From positions 132,380 through 196,379 of the forward strand of contig JASJCI010000001.1 of NCBI GenBank assembly GCA_030066085.1: DNA of 64,000 bases, in the 5' to 3' direction. Below, piece by piece: positions 51,803 to 61,326 of the stretch. Each line of letters starts with the position of its first letter. The stretch's first letter is position 1. The position numbers and the translations under genes are program-made. The stretch comes from Gammaproteobacteria bacterium. Lineage in GTDB: Bacteria > Pseudomonadota > Gammaproteobacteria > GCA-001735895. The notes beneath the pieces were generated by a model. That model saw nothing but the letters and a program-made list of their open reading frames with translations, was not told the origin of the DNA and did not search any database.

Positions 51803-51826
51803 CTTGTTGTACGATCGTTCAACAAG
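51803..51826. promoter_or_regulatory. 24-bp palindromic TetR/BetI-type operator
   Basis: CTTGTTGTACGA-TCGTTCAACAAG (one mismatch) between the divergent regulator and flavoenzyme. Confidence 0.78.
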
Positions 51827-51851
51827 AAACCCGGACCGAAGGCGACAGCCG

Positions 51852-53909
51852 ATGCCGAGAAATCCGCATTACGACATCCTTTTCGAACCCGTGCAGATCG
51901 GTCCTGTAACTGCACCCAACCGCTTTTACCAGACACCGCACGCCACCGGCATGGGCAACATGCGGCCCAACAGTTCGGCCGCGCTGCGTGCAACCAAGGC
52001 TGCTGGCGGCTGGGGCGTGGTTTGCACCGAATACTGCTCGATCCATCCGAGCGCGGACGAAACGCCGTACGCCTACCTCAGCCTGTGGGACGATGAAGAC
52101 CTCGAACAACTCGCGCTCACCTGCGATGCGATTCACCGGCAGGGTTCGCTTGCCGGCGTCGAACTCTGGCATGGCGGATCGCATTCCAACAATCGCGGCA
52201 CTCGTTTACCGCCCCTGGCACCCACGGGCTGCTCGACCATTTTTACCGGCGCCGGTCAGCAGGTCCGTGAAATGGACACCTCGGATATCGCCGCGCTGCG
52301 TCGCTGGCAGCGCGATGCCGCGCTGCGGGCGCAACAGGCCGGTTTCGATATCATTTATGTCTATGCCGGTCACGATTACCTGCCCTTCCAGTTCCTCTCA
52401 CCGCTGACCAATCGCCGCACGGACGAGTACGGCGGCAGTTTCGAGAACCGGGCCCGGCTGCTGCGCGAAATGATCGAAGACACGCGCGAGGTTGTCGGCG
52501 ACCGTTGCGCGGTCGCGGTCCGACTGGCGATCGACGAACTGCATGGCGCGCCTGGAATAAGCGCGGATGGTGACGGGCGACGGGTCATCGAATACCTCGG
52601 CGAACTGCCCGATCTTTGGGATATCGCGCTCGGCGGCAGCCTCGGCAACGATTCCTGCAGTGCGCGCTTCGCCGCCGAGGGTTACCAGGAGCCATACGCC
52701 GGTGTCGTCAAACAGCTGACCTCCAAACCGGTGGTTTCGGTCGGTCGTTTTACGTCGCCGGATACCATGGTCGGCCAGGTACGCCGCGGTGTGCAGGATT
52801 TCATCGGTGCCGCGCGGCCCTCGATCGCCGATCCGTTTCTGCCGTGGAAGATCGACCATGGCCACGAAGATCAGATCCGCGAATGCATCGGCTGCAATAT
52901 CTGCCGCTCGGCCAACAACGAGGGCGCACCGCTGCGCTGTACCCAGAATCCGACCATGGGCGAAGAATGGCGCCGCGGCTGGCACCCGGAAAAGATCGCC
53001 CCGGCGCGACGCGATGCCTCGATACTGGTGGTCGGCGGCGGTCCCGCGGGACTCGAGGCCAGCCTCGCTCTCGGCCGCCGCGGCTACCGGGTTACGCTGG
53101 CGGAGGCCGGCGACGAACTCGGTGGCCGCCTGTTGCTCGAATCCACCCTGCCCGGTCTCGCCAACTGGATTCGCGTGCGCGATTACCGCAGTCACCTGCT
53201 TGCGCAAATGGGCCGGATCGATGTTTACCTGCAAAGCCCGCTCGCTGCCGCCGACCTGGTCGAATTCGATGCCGATGCCATCGTGCTCGCGACCGGCAGC
53301 CGCTGGCGCCGGGACGGCGTCGGCACCCATGGACGCCAGCCGGTGCCAGTCGAATCTAGCGCGCGCGTACTCACGCCGAACGACCTGTTCGCCGACGAAC
53401 TGCCGCCAGGAGATTTTGTCATCTACGATGACGACCACTATTTCATGGCGGGCGCACTGGCCGAAATGCTGCTGCAGGCGGGGCGTCGAGTTACCTACCT
53501 GACCCCCGCAAGCAGCGTCTCCAGCTGGACCGCCATGACCGACGAACAGGATTTCATCCAGCGACGACTGCTGCAGCTGGGACTCGCCACCGGCTTTAAC
53601 CGGCGGCTGGAACGCGTCGAGCGGGAACGCCTGTTCAGCTGCTGCACCTACAGCGGCGAGGTTTTCGATTACGATTTCGATAACCTGCTGCTGGTAACCG
53701 GCAGGTTGCCGAACGACGAACTGTTTCGCCAGTTATCGATCGACGCCACGCGCATCGGCGACTGTTTTGTACCCTCGAGTATCGCCGATGCGGTTTACGC
53801 CGGGCACCGGCTTGCACGCGAGTTCGACGAGGACCCCGCCACGCTGGTAGCGAAACGTGAACGCGCCCGGCTGCAGCAACTGGATCTCGACGAGGTAGCC
53901 ATGCCATGA
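51852..53909 (+). CDS. Trimethylamine/histamine dehydrogenase-like FMN/[4Fe-4S] oxidoreductase
   Basis: DILFEPVQIGP, NRFYQ, TEYCSI, ARPSIADPFLP, CIGCNIC-x11-C, EEWRRGWHPE, GGGPAG. Confidence 0.9.
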   Translation: MPRNPHYDILFEPVQIGPVTAPNRFYQTPHATGMGNMRPNSSAALRATKAAGGWGVVCTEYCSIHPSADETPYAYLSLWDDEDLEQLALTCDAIHRQGSLAGVELWHGGSHSNNRGTRLPPLAPTGCSTIFTGAGQQVREMDTSDIAALRRWQRDAALRAQQAGFDIIYVYAGHDYLPFQFLSPLTNRRTDEYGGSFENRARLLREMIEDTREVVGDRCAVAVRLAIDELHGAPGISADGDGRRVIEYLGELPDLWDIALGGSLGNDSCSARFAAEGYQEPYAGVVKQLTSKPVVSVGRFTSPDTMVGQVRRGVQDFIGAARPSIADPFLPWKIDHGHEDQIRECIGCNICRSANNEGAPLRCTQNPTMGEEWRRGWHPEKIAPARRDASILVVGGGPAGLEASLALGRRGYRVTLAEAGDELGGRLLLESTLPGLANWIRVRDYRSHLLAQMGRIDVYLQSPLAAADLVEFDADAIVLATGSRWRRDGVGTHGRQPVPVESSARVLTPNDLFADELPPGDFVIYDDDHYFMAGALAEMLLQAGRRVTYLTPASSVSSWTAMTDEQDFIQRRLLQLGLATGFNRRLERVERERLFSCCTYSGEVFDYDFDNLLLVTGRLPNDELFRQLSIDATRIGDCFVPSSIADAVYAGHRLAREFDEDPATLVAKRERARLQQLDLDEVAMP

Positions 53910-55426
53910 CGACTCGAAGCCGCCGCCGCGCGGGCCGCAAGCCCCGCAACGCGGGTTCGATCGCGCAATTGCCCTGGCGGCAATTGCGTTACCGCCACGC
54001 GCCGCATGCATTGCTCGGCGAAGATGAACTCGAGCAGATTCATCGCACTGGCCTGCGCATTCTGCAGGAAACCGGCATGCTGATCCTGTCGGCACGGGCG
54101 CGCGATCTCTATGCCGGCGCGGGCTGCCGCGTGGATGCTGATTCACCGCGCGTGTTTTTCGATGCCGAGCTGGTGGAATCCCTGCTCGCGAGCGCGCCGT
54201 CGAGTTTCGACCTGCAGGCACGTAACCCCGACAGGAACATCCGCATTGGCGACGGTCACGCGGTGTTCACGTCGGTTGGCGGCCCGGCCTACGTGATGGA
54301 CATCGACAACGGCCGGCGCAACGGTACCTATGATGAAATGTGCAACTTCATCCGCCTGGTGCAGAGCCTGGACATCATTCACCAGGAAGGCGGCGGCGGT
54401 TTCGAGGCCATGGACCTGCCCGCCGCCAGCCGGCACCTCGACCTGTTTTATGCCCAGTGCACGCTGCTGGACAAGAACTGGGTGCCCTGGACCATGGGTC
54501 GCGGCCAGGCGCTGGACGCGATCGAAATGGCCGCGATCAGCCTGGGACGGGACCCGCGGGACCTGGTCGACAACCCGGCCCTGTGCGGCATCATCAATAC
54601 CAACACGCCGCTGCAGCTGGACATTCCGATGGCCGAGGGCCTGATCGCAATGGCCGAGTATGGCCAGGCATCGGCGATCACGCCGTTTACGCTGTCGGGC
54701 GCGATGGCGCCGGTGACGCTGGCCGGTGCGCTGGCGCTGCAGCACGCCGAGGCCATGGCCGGTATCGCGCTGACCCAGATCGTACGCCCGGGCGCACCGG
54801 TGCTGTATGGCGGTTTTACCTCGAACGTCGACATGAAGTCGGGGTCGCCGGCCTTCGGCACGCCCGAGTACCTGCAGGCCGCGCAGGCATCCGGGCAGCT
54901 GGCCCGTCGCCTCGGTGTGCCGTTCCGTTCGAGCAACGTCAACGCGGCCAACTGGACCGACGCGCAGGCCGCCTACGAAAGCTGCATGTCGCTGTGGGGC
55001 GCGATCAGCGGCCAGGCCAACATGATCAAGCATGCCGCCGGCTGGCTGCATGGCGGCCTCACTGCATCGCTGGAAAAACTGGTTATCGACGCCGAACTGC
55101 TGCAGATGGTTGCGGCCAGTCTGAAACCGTTTGCGGTCGACGAATCGACGCTGGCGCTGGATGCCATTCGGGAAGTCGGCCCGGCCGGCCACTTTTTTGG
55201 CAGCGCGCACACGATGGAACGCTACCAGACGGCGTTTTACGCGCCGCTGGTCTCGAACTGGGACAACCATGAAACCTGGCTCGAGTCCGGCGCGGTCACC
55301 ACCGAGCAACGCGCCAACCAGGTCTGGAAACAACTGCTGGCCGAATACGAGCAGCCGCCGCTGGACCCCGCGATCGACGAGGCGCTGCAGGCATACGTGG
55401 GCCGACGCAAAAAGGAACTCGAGTAG
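53906..55426 (+). CDS. Trimethylamine methyltransferase (MttB) superfamily, non-pyrrolysine
   Basis: PFTLSGAMAPVTLAG, NVDMKSGSPAFGTPE, DAQAAYES, HAAGWL, GHFFG; no in-frame amber; ATGA overlap with the upstream gene. Confidence 0.9.
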   Translation: MTTRSRRRAGRKPRNAGSIAQLPWRQLRYRHAPHALLGEDELEQIHRTGLRILQETGMLILSARARDLYAGAGCRVDADSPRVFFDAELVESLLASAPSSFDLQARNPDRNIRIGDGHAVFTSVGGPAYVMDIDNGRRNGTYDEMCNFIRLVQSLDIIHQEGGGGFEAMDLPAASRHLDLFYAQCTLLDKNWVPWTMGRGQALDAIEMAAISLGRDPRDLVDNPALCGIINTNTPLQLDIPMAEGLIAMAEYGQASAITPFTLSGAMAPVTLAGALALQHAEAMAGIALTQIVRPGAPVLYGGFTSNVDMKSGSPAFGTPEYLQAAQASGQLARRLGVPFRSSNVNAANWTDAQAAYESCMSLWGAISGQANMIKHAAGWLHGGLTASLEKLVIDAELLQMVAASLKPFAVDESTLALDAIREVGPAGHFFGSAHTMERYQTAFYAPLVSNWDNHETWLESGAVTTEQRANQVWKQLLAEYEQPPLDPAIDEALQAYVGRRKKELE

Positions 55427-55429
55427 CGC

Positions 55430-55816
55430 CTAGCCTGCTGCCATCAGTTCGATCTCGACGCGAAATTCCGTCCGCGTAAACCCGCTCACGATCAGCAGCG
55501 TCGAGGCCGGCAAGGCCTCGATATCCTTCAACCAGGCATCACGTGCTGCCATGTACGCCGGCATATCCTGTCGCGCAAGCACAAAAGCGCTGAGGTGCAC
55601 GACATTACGACGCTGCATCCCGGCTTCCGCCAGGATAGCGTCGAAATGCCTGAAAATCATTTGCGCCTGGTCACCGACATCGGTTGGCACATCACCACCG
55701 GCATCCAGCGCGAGTTGTCCCGAGGTACGCAACAGTCGTTGGCTGGCGGGCCAGGCGACAGCGTGTGAATAGCGGCCGAACGGTGCGGCGAGAATCGACG
55801 GGTTCAGGGTTTGCAT
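55430..55816 (-). CDS. RidA/YjgF family protein
   Basis: PFGRYSHA, SGQL, PASTL, VEIE. Confidence 0.85.
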   Translation of the reverse strand: MQTLNPSILAAPFGRYSHAVAWPASQRLLRTSGQLALDAGGDVPTDVGDQAQMIFRHFDAILAEAGMQRRNVVHLSAFVLARQDMPAYMAARDAWLKDIEALPASTLLIVSGFTRTEFRVEIELMAAG

Positions 55817-56118
55817 CGGCGTCTCCGGTTCGAATGCGGGTAAAGTTACCCCGTTGGCGGATAATTGTTAATGCCGGATCGAGTGGGTGCCGCGACTTGC
55901 CGAGCACCGGACGAAGGGCTAGAATTTCGGTCCACCTCTGGCACAGGTACGTATCAACAGGGCCACTGAAGGGACGGCGTTAGGCCGCGCCCAGGCCTGG
56001 AGATATTGATGATTGTGCCCGGACTTTCCCCGGTTAATGCCTTGTCGTGCGCTGGCGCACGTACGGCGCAATGTACCTGCAAGTCGCCGAGCGACGTATG
56101 CCGGCCCGGAGGGCTTCG

Positions 56119-56922
56119 ATGAAAACACAGGCTTACTGGGCCGATCTGTCACGGCGCGACTTTACCCGGCTCGACGCCGCGGCAACGATCGCGGTACTGC
56201 CCATTGGCGCCTTCGAACAGCACGGCCCCCATCTGCCGGTTTCGGTCGATACCGATCTGACCAACGAAACCCTGCGCCGCTGTTTCGCCTATCTCGAACC
56301 GTCGCTGTCGGTGCTCGTGATGCCCGCCATCAGCGTCGGCAAGAGCATGGAACATGCGAATCATCCCGGCACCATCAGTCTCGGCACGGAAACCTTTACC
56401 CGGGTGGTGATGGAATACGGCGCCAGCGTTGCCCGCGCCGGCATCCGCAAGCTCGTATTGTGTAACGGGCACGGCGGCAATCGCGCGCCGCTGGGCAACG
56501 TGCTGCGCGACCTGCGGATCGAGCAGGGTTTGATCACGGTGCTGTGTGCGTGGAGTTCATTCTATGACGCTGCCGAAATCGTCGGCGCCGACGAGTATCG
56601 GCACGGCATTCACGGCGGCGATCACGAAACCAGCGCGATGCTGGCCTGTCGCGGCGATCGGGTCGACATGACACTGGCGCAAGATTTCCGCACCGCCACC
56701 GACGACTGGCGGCGCGAGTTCGAGTTTCTCGATATCGGCGGCCCGGCCCAGGTCGGCTGGGTCATGGACGATTTGTGCGCCTCGGGTGCCAGCGGCAATG
56801 CCGCCGCGGCCACACCCGAAAAAGGCGAAGCCATCCTCGACAATTCGGCGCGCGGCTTTGCCCGCTTCCTGGCCGAATTCGATCGTTTCGAAATGGCGTC
56901 ACGGGAAACCGGCGATGACTGA
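56119..56922 (+). CDS. Creatininase-family amidohydrolase
   Basis: GAFEQHGPHLP, SMEHANHPGT, NGHGGN, HGGDHETS. Confidence 0.9.
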   Translation: MKTQAYWADLSRRDFTRLDAAATIAVLPIGAFEQHGPHLPVSVDTDLTNETLRRCFAYLEPSLSVLVMPAISVGKSMEHANHPGTISLGTETFTRVVMEYGASVARAGIRKLVLCNGHGGNRAPLGNVLRDLRIEQGLITVLCAWSSFYDAAEIVGADEYRHGIHGGDHETSAMLACRGDRVDMTLAQDFRTATDDWRREFEFLDIGGPAQVGWVMDDLCASGASGNAAAATPEKGEAILDNSARGFARFLAEFDRFEMASRETGDD

Positions 56923-58195
56923 GGTGCGATCAGACCTCGACGGCTATATCGCGGACCTGCGCATTCCGCTCGACCTGCTGCAAAATGTCTCCGCATTTGG
57001 CGGCCTGGCGGACGGCGATTGCCTGCACGGCGATTTACGGGTGCACGACGGTCGTGCCGAACAACTGTTACCCCCCGGACAGGCGCCGCAACACGAGGTG
57101 CTATTCGACGCGGACGGTCGCATCGCGCTTAGCGGACTGATCGAGGTACACGCCCATCTCGACAAGTGCCACACGATCGATCGACTGCACGGAATCGGCG
57201 GCGATCTCGAGCGCGCGATCGCGGCCCAGGGACCGGACAAACAGGCCTGGACCTTCGATGATATCCATCGACGCGCAAGCCGCGGCCTGGACGAGTTCGT
57301 GGCAGCCGGGTGCCGGGCAGTCCGCAGTCACGTCGACTGGGGCAACAGCGCCGACGCACCGCTGGCCTGGGAAGTGCTGAATCAGATCAGGGTCGCCCGG
57401 GCCGAGCAAATCGAATTACAGCTCAGCGCCCTGATCGACCTCGATATGTTCCACGACGGCTCGATCGTCGAAGCCATGCTGTCGCGGATTTCGGCGGATG
57501 ACGGAATCGCCGGGGTTTTCCTGCTGGGACACGCCCGGCCCGCAGCGGCCTTGCGCACCGCGTTCTCGATGGCGGACCGCTTCGGTCTCGATCTCGACTT
57601 CCACGTCGACGAAAGCCTAGCTCCCGGTCTCAATGGCGTGGAACAGATAGCCGACCAGGCCCTGGCCAGCGGTTATCGCGGGCGTATCCTGTGCGGTCAC
57701 GCCTGTAGCCTGGTCAATCGTGGCGCAGACGACCTGGCACGCATCCTCGACAAGCTTGCGCGGCTCGACATCTCGATTTGCGCGCTGCCGTCGACCAACC
57801 TGTACCTGCAGGGACGCGGTCCGGGGACACCGGACCGTCGCGGCCTGACGCGGCTGCGCGAACTGGCCGCGGCCGGCGTCAATATTACCGTCGGCAGCGA
57901 CAATGTCGCCGACGCCTTCTGTCCCCTGGGGCGCCACGATCCGATGCACTCGCTGGCCACGGCCGTGCTCGGCGCACATCTCGACCCGCCCTTCGGACGC
58001 TGGCTCAAATCGATCACGGTGGATGCCGCGCGGGCACTCGGTAGCCGGGAACGCTGGATCGACGGCAGCCAACTCGGCGACCTGTGGCTGAGCGATGCCC
58101 GTCACACCGCGGAGCTGATCAACCTCGGATTGTCTTCACCGCGAAGTTTGCAGGATTTGTGCAAACCCGCGCTCGGGGAGGCGCGCCGGGCATGA
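56915..58195 (+). CDS. Cytosine-deaminase-like amidohydrolase (possible pterin deaminase)
   Basis: HAHLDK, RSHVD, DFHVDE, GHACSL, LPSTNLYLQ, GSDNV. Confidence 0.85.
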   Translation: MTEVRSDLDGYIADLRIPLDLLQNVSAFGGLADGDCLHGDLRVHDGRAEQLLPPGQAPQHEVLFDADGRIALSGLIEVHAHLDKCHTIDRLHGIGGDLERAIAAQGPDKQAWTFDDIHRRASRGLDEFVAAGCRAVRSHVDWGNSADAPLAWEVLNQIRVARAEQIELQLSALIDLDMFHDGSIVEAMLSRISADDGIAGVFLLGHARPAAALRTAFSMADRFGLDLDFHVDESLAPGLNGVEQIADQALASGYRGRILCGHACSLVNRGADDLARILDKLARLDISICALPSTNLYLQGRGPGTPDRRGLTRLRELAAAGVNITVGSDNVADAFCPLGRHDPMHSLATAVLGAHLDPPFGRWLKSITVDAARALGSRERWIDGSQLGDLWLSDARHTAELINLGLSSPRSLQDLCKPALGEARRA

Positions 58196-59631
58196 ACGAC
58201 AGCACGCTGACCTCCGGCAAGATCAAACTCGACTGGGATGCGTTCAAGGCCGAGTTCGGCGATATCGAAATCATCGACAAACCGGCACGGGTGAAGAAAA
58301 GTTCGCGCGACTTCTTCTGGTACAGCCCGATACTCGAGCGCCAGCTGGAAGACGCCTACGGCGATATCGTCGCGCGGCCAGCCAGCCAGGAGCAACTCGG
58401 CGAATGCCTGCGCATCGCATACGCCTGGGACATGCCATGCGTGATTCGCGGTGGCGGTACCGGCAATTACGGCCAGGCCGTCCCGCTCGACGGCGGCCTG
58501 ATCATCGACATGACGCGTCTCGATCGCATCGTCGAAATCGGCGATGACCACATACGCGTCGAGGCCGGCGCGGTAATCGCCGACGTCAACCGGGCGCTGC
58601 ATCGGCACGGGCGCGAACTGCCGGTATTTCCGTCGACCCAGAATATTGCCACCGTCGGCGGCTTTATCGGCGGCGGCTCCGGCGGCATCGGATCGTTTCG
58701 CCACGGTCCCCTGGCGGCGCCCGGCATCGTGCCCCGGCTGAAAGTCATGTCGCTGGAAGAGAGCCCGCAATTACACGTCTTCGACGACGCCGACATCAAC
58801 ATCGTGCACCACGCCTGGGGTATGAACGGCGTGATCTACGAGGCGACCCTGCAAACCGTGCCGCGCTGCGACTGGATCAACGTGATCGCATCGTTTGCCG
58901 ATTATCCGACTGCATTTGCCGCGGGCATGAGCATCGGCGGCGACAGGTCGCTCGGCGCCAAGCTGCTGTCGGTGCTCGACGCCCGTTTCGCGGTCTACTT
59001 TACTGCGCTCGGCGAGCGCATTCCCTGCGACCGTGCGCTGATGAACAGCATGGTGCCGCGCGAACGACTCGATCGATTCAGGGACCTGGTCGAGTCCAGC
59101 GGTGGCAGTCTCGATCTTGCCCTCGACGAAGCCGAAACCGCGGCCGCCGAAATACCGCATGTATTCGAGTTTTCCTACAACCACACGACGCTGCAGGCGC
59201 TGAAGGCGGACAAGTCGGTGACCTACCTGCAGGTGGGCGCGCCGTTGCCGCTCGACGTCGAAAACATCAAAACATTACATGAACTGCTGCACGACGAAGT
59301 GCTGATGCATCACGAATTCAGCGTGCGCGACGACGGCCTGGCCGCCTGGGATATCCCTGTCATTCGCTACACCACGGAAGCGCGCCTGTACGAGATTATC
59401 GACATTTTTCGCCAGCATGGCTGTGCCATTGCCGACCCGCACCAGAACAACGTCGAGGGCGGCGGCATGAAAAACGCCAATTTCAAACACCTCGCGTGGA
59501 AAAAGCGGCTCGATCCGAAAGACCTGCTCAACAGCGGCAAGAGCCTGCTCTGGCCGCGGGTCAAAGACCTGCCGGCCGAACAGATCGAAAACCTGACCCG
59601 GGCCGACCTGGAACCCGGAGCAATCGCTTGA
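58192..59631 (+). CDS. FAD-binding oxidoreductase (VAO/GlcD-like)
   Basis: SRDFFWYSP, RGGGTGNYGQ, ATVGGFIGGG, NHTTL, DPKDLLNSGK. Confidence 0.87.
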   Translation: MNDSTLTSGKIKLDWDAFKAEFGDIEIIDKPARVKKSSRDFFWYSPILERQLEDAYGDIVARPASQEQLGECLRIAYAWDMPCVIRGGGTGNYGQAVPLDGGLIIDMTRLDRIVEIGDDHIRVEAGAVIADVNRALHRHGRELPVFPSTQNIATVGGFIGGGSGGIGSFRHGPLAAPGIVPRLKVMSLEESPQLHVFDDADINIVHHAWGMNGVIYEATLQTVPRCDWINVIASFADYPTAFAAGMSIGGDRSLGAKLLSVLDARFAVYFTALGERIPCDRALMNSMVPRERLDRFRDLVESSGGSLDLALDEAETAAAEIPHVFEFSYNHTTLQALKADKSVTYLQVGAPLPLDVENIKTLHELLHDEVLMHHEFSVRDDGLAAWDIPVIRYTTEARLYEIIDIFRQHGCAIADPHQNNVEGGGMKNANFKHLAWKKRLDPKDLLNSGKSLLWPRVKDLPAEQIENLTRADLEPGAIA

Positions 59632-60599
59632 ACGCCTTCGAACGCCTGCAGCAAACGGCCCTGCGCGTAACCGCTCGCCGGGACGAAGCGGATGACATCC
59701 TGTCGCTGGCACTGGCGGCGCCCGACGGCAGCGAACTGCCGCCGGTCGAGCCAGGCAGTCACCTGGTCGTACATCTCGCCAACGGCCTGGTGCGCCAGTA
59801 TTCGCTGACCGACAGCGCGGGCCGTCGCGATCATTACCACCTCGGAATCCTGCGCGATCCACGCAGCCGCGGCGGCTCGGCCTTTATTCACGACCGGGTC
59901 GAAGTTGGCGCCACGCTCGAGGTAACCGGTCCGCGCAATCACTTTCCGCTGGTACCGGGCGCGGCACGATCACTGCTGATTGCCGGTGGCATCGGTATTA
60001 CGCCGATCCTGTCGATGGCGCGCAGCCTGCATGCCGCGGACGCGGATTTCGAGCTGCACTATTGCGCCCGCAGCCGCGGCCAGGCAGCCTTCGTCGACTG
60101 GCTCGAGAACTCCGGCTTTGCCGATCGGGTGCATTTCCACTTCGATGGCGGGGATCGCGCACGCGGGCTCGACGTCACGACCCTGCTGCAACCGCTGATC
60201 CCGGGCCAACACCTGTACTGTTGCGGCCCGACCGGCCTGATGGATGCGGTCGAGGCCGCGGCCAGTCACTGGCCGCGCGGCTCGGTCCACTTCGAGCGCT
60301 TCAAGGCCAACCAGGACGGGCTGGGCGACAACCGACCCTTTCGCATGGTGTTAACGCGCTCCGGGCTCGAACTCGAGGTGCCGGCGGAGCGCAGCGCGCT
60401 CGACGTGTTGCGCGACCATGGTTTCGAAATCGAGAGTATCTGCGAGGAAGGTGTCTGTGGCTCCTGCCTGGTCGATGTCGAGGAGGGTGAAATCGATCAT
60501 CGCGACCAGATCCTGACGCCGGCGGAGCGGCGTGACAACGACGTCATGACGGTTTGCTGCTCGCGAGCGCTTGGTGAAATCCTGGTTTTGAATTTATGA
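59628..60599 (+). CDS. PDR/VanB-family FMN-[2Fe-2S] reductase
   Basis: RQYSL, SRGGS, AGGIGITP, CCGP, CEEGVCGSC...C; TTG start overlapping the upstream stop. Confidence 0.9.
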   Translation: MNAFERLQQTALRVTARRDEADDILSLALAAPDGSELPPVEPGSHLVVHLANGLVRQYSLTDSAGRRDHYHLGILRDPRSRGGSAFIHDRVEVGATLEVTGPRNHFPLVPGAARSLLIAGGIGITPILSMARSLHAADADFELHYCARSRGQAAFVDWLENSGFADRVHFHFDGGDRARGLDVTTLLQPLIPGQHLYCCGPTGLMDAVEAAASHWPRGSVHFERFKANQDGLGDNRPFRMVLTRSGLELEVPAERSALDVLRDHGFEIESICEEGVCGSCLVDVEEGEIDHRDQILTPAERRDNDVMTVCCSRALGEILVLNL

Positions 60600-60637
60600 A
60601 ACGCCTGCCGAACCTTACTCGAATGGCGCCGATCTAG

Positions 60638-61129
60638 ATGAACGAATCGCTGGTACTGGCGGCCCAGTTTCTGCTCTGTGCCGGTATGAACGGCTGGATG
60701 CTGGTCGCGGTTTACGATAACTGGCGCCATCCGCAACTCAACAAAACGGGCGTGGCGATGGTCATGCGCTTCGACCTGATGGCGCGCGAGTACCCGGACG
60801 ATTTTCGCCAGCTGCAGCACCGCCGGATCGACAACCCGGGCATCATCCGTGCGATTTATTACTTCGTGGTCCTGTTCGAAACGGCGGCCGCGGCAACCCT
60901 GACCTTCGGCAGCCTGTGCCTGGGGCTGGCGCTGGCGGGCGCGGTCGAACCCGCATTTGCGCGTTCCGCCGCATTGGTCGGCGCACTTGTTTTTACCCTG
61001 AACTGGATCGGATTACTGATCGGCGGCAACTATTTCGCCTACTGGTACTGCCATTTCCAGGCCCAGGCGACCCATTTCCTGCTAACCCTGTGGGGCATTG
61101 CGCTGCTGCTCCTGCTGATACTGCCCTGA
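60638..61129 (+). CDS. DUF2165-like membrane protein
   Basis: Four TM segments; DNW, RRI, IGGNYFAYW pattern. Confidence 0.65.
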   Translation: MNESLVLAAQFLLCAGMNGWMLVAVYDNWRHPQLNKTGVAMVMRFDLMAREYPDDFRQLQHRRIDNPGIIRAIYYFVVLFETAAAATLTFGSLCLGLALAGAVEPAFARSAALVGALVFTLNWIGLLIGGNYFAYWYCHFQAQATHFLLTLWGIALLLLLILP

Positions 61130-61326
61130 TAGCCACTTCTGGCCGGGAGCCTTTTGCAAGCGGCCAGCTCGCATTGGCATGGCGTGTCGATCTGTGATAA
61201 AACACCGGATCATAAGAGGCAGATTCCCTGCTGCCCATAACAAGGCCAACAGCTAGCCGAAACTGACAACGAAGAGGCCCCAAGGCCCGAACGGAACCAC
61301 AATCAAGCAACCCTGAGGTACTACAC

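Noticed and set aside
53906..55426. Pyrrolysine-containing TMA methyltransferase
   Set aside because: The ORF is uninterrupted by an amber codon and no pyl genes are present.
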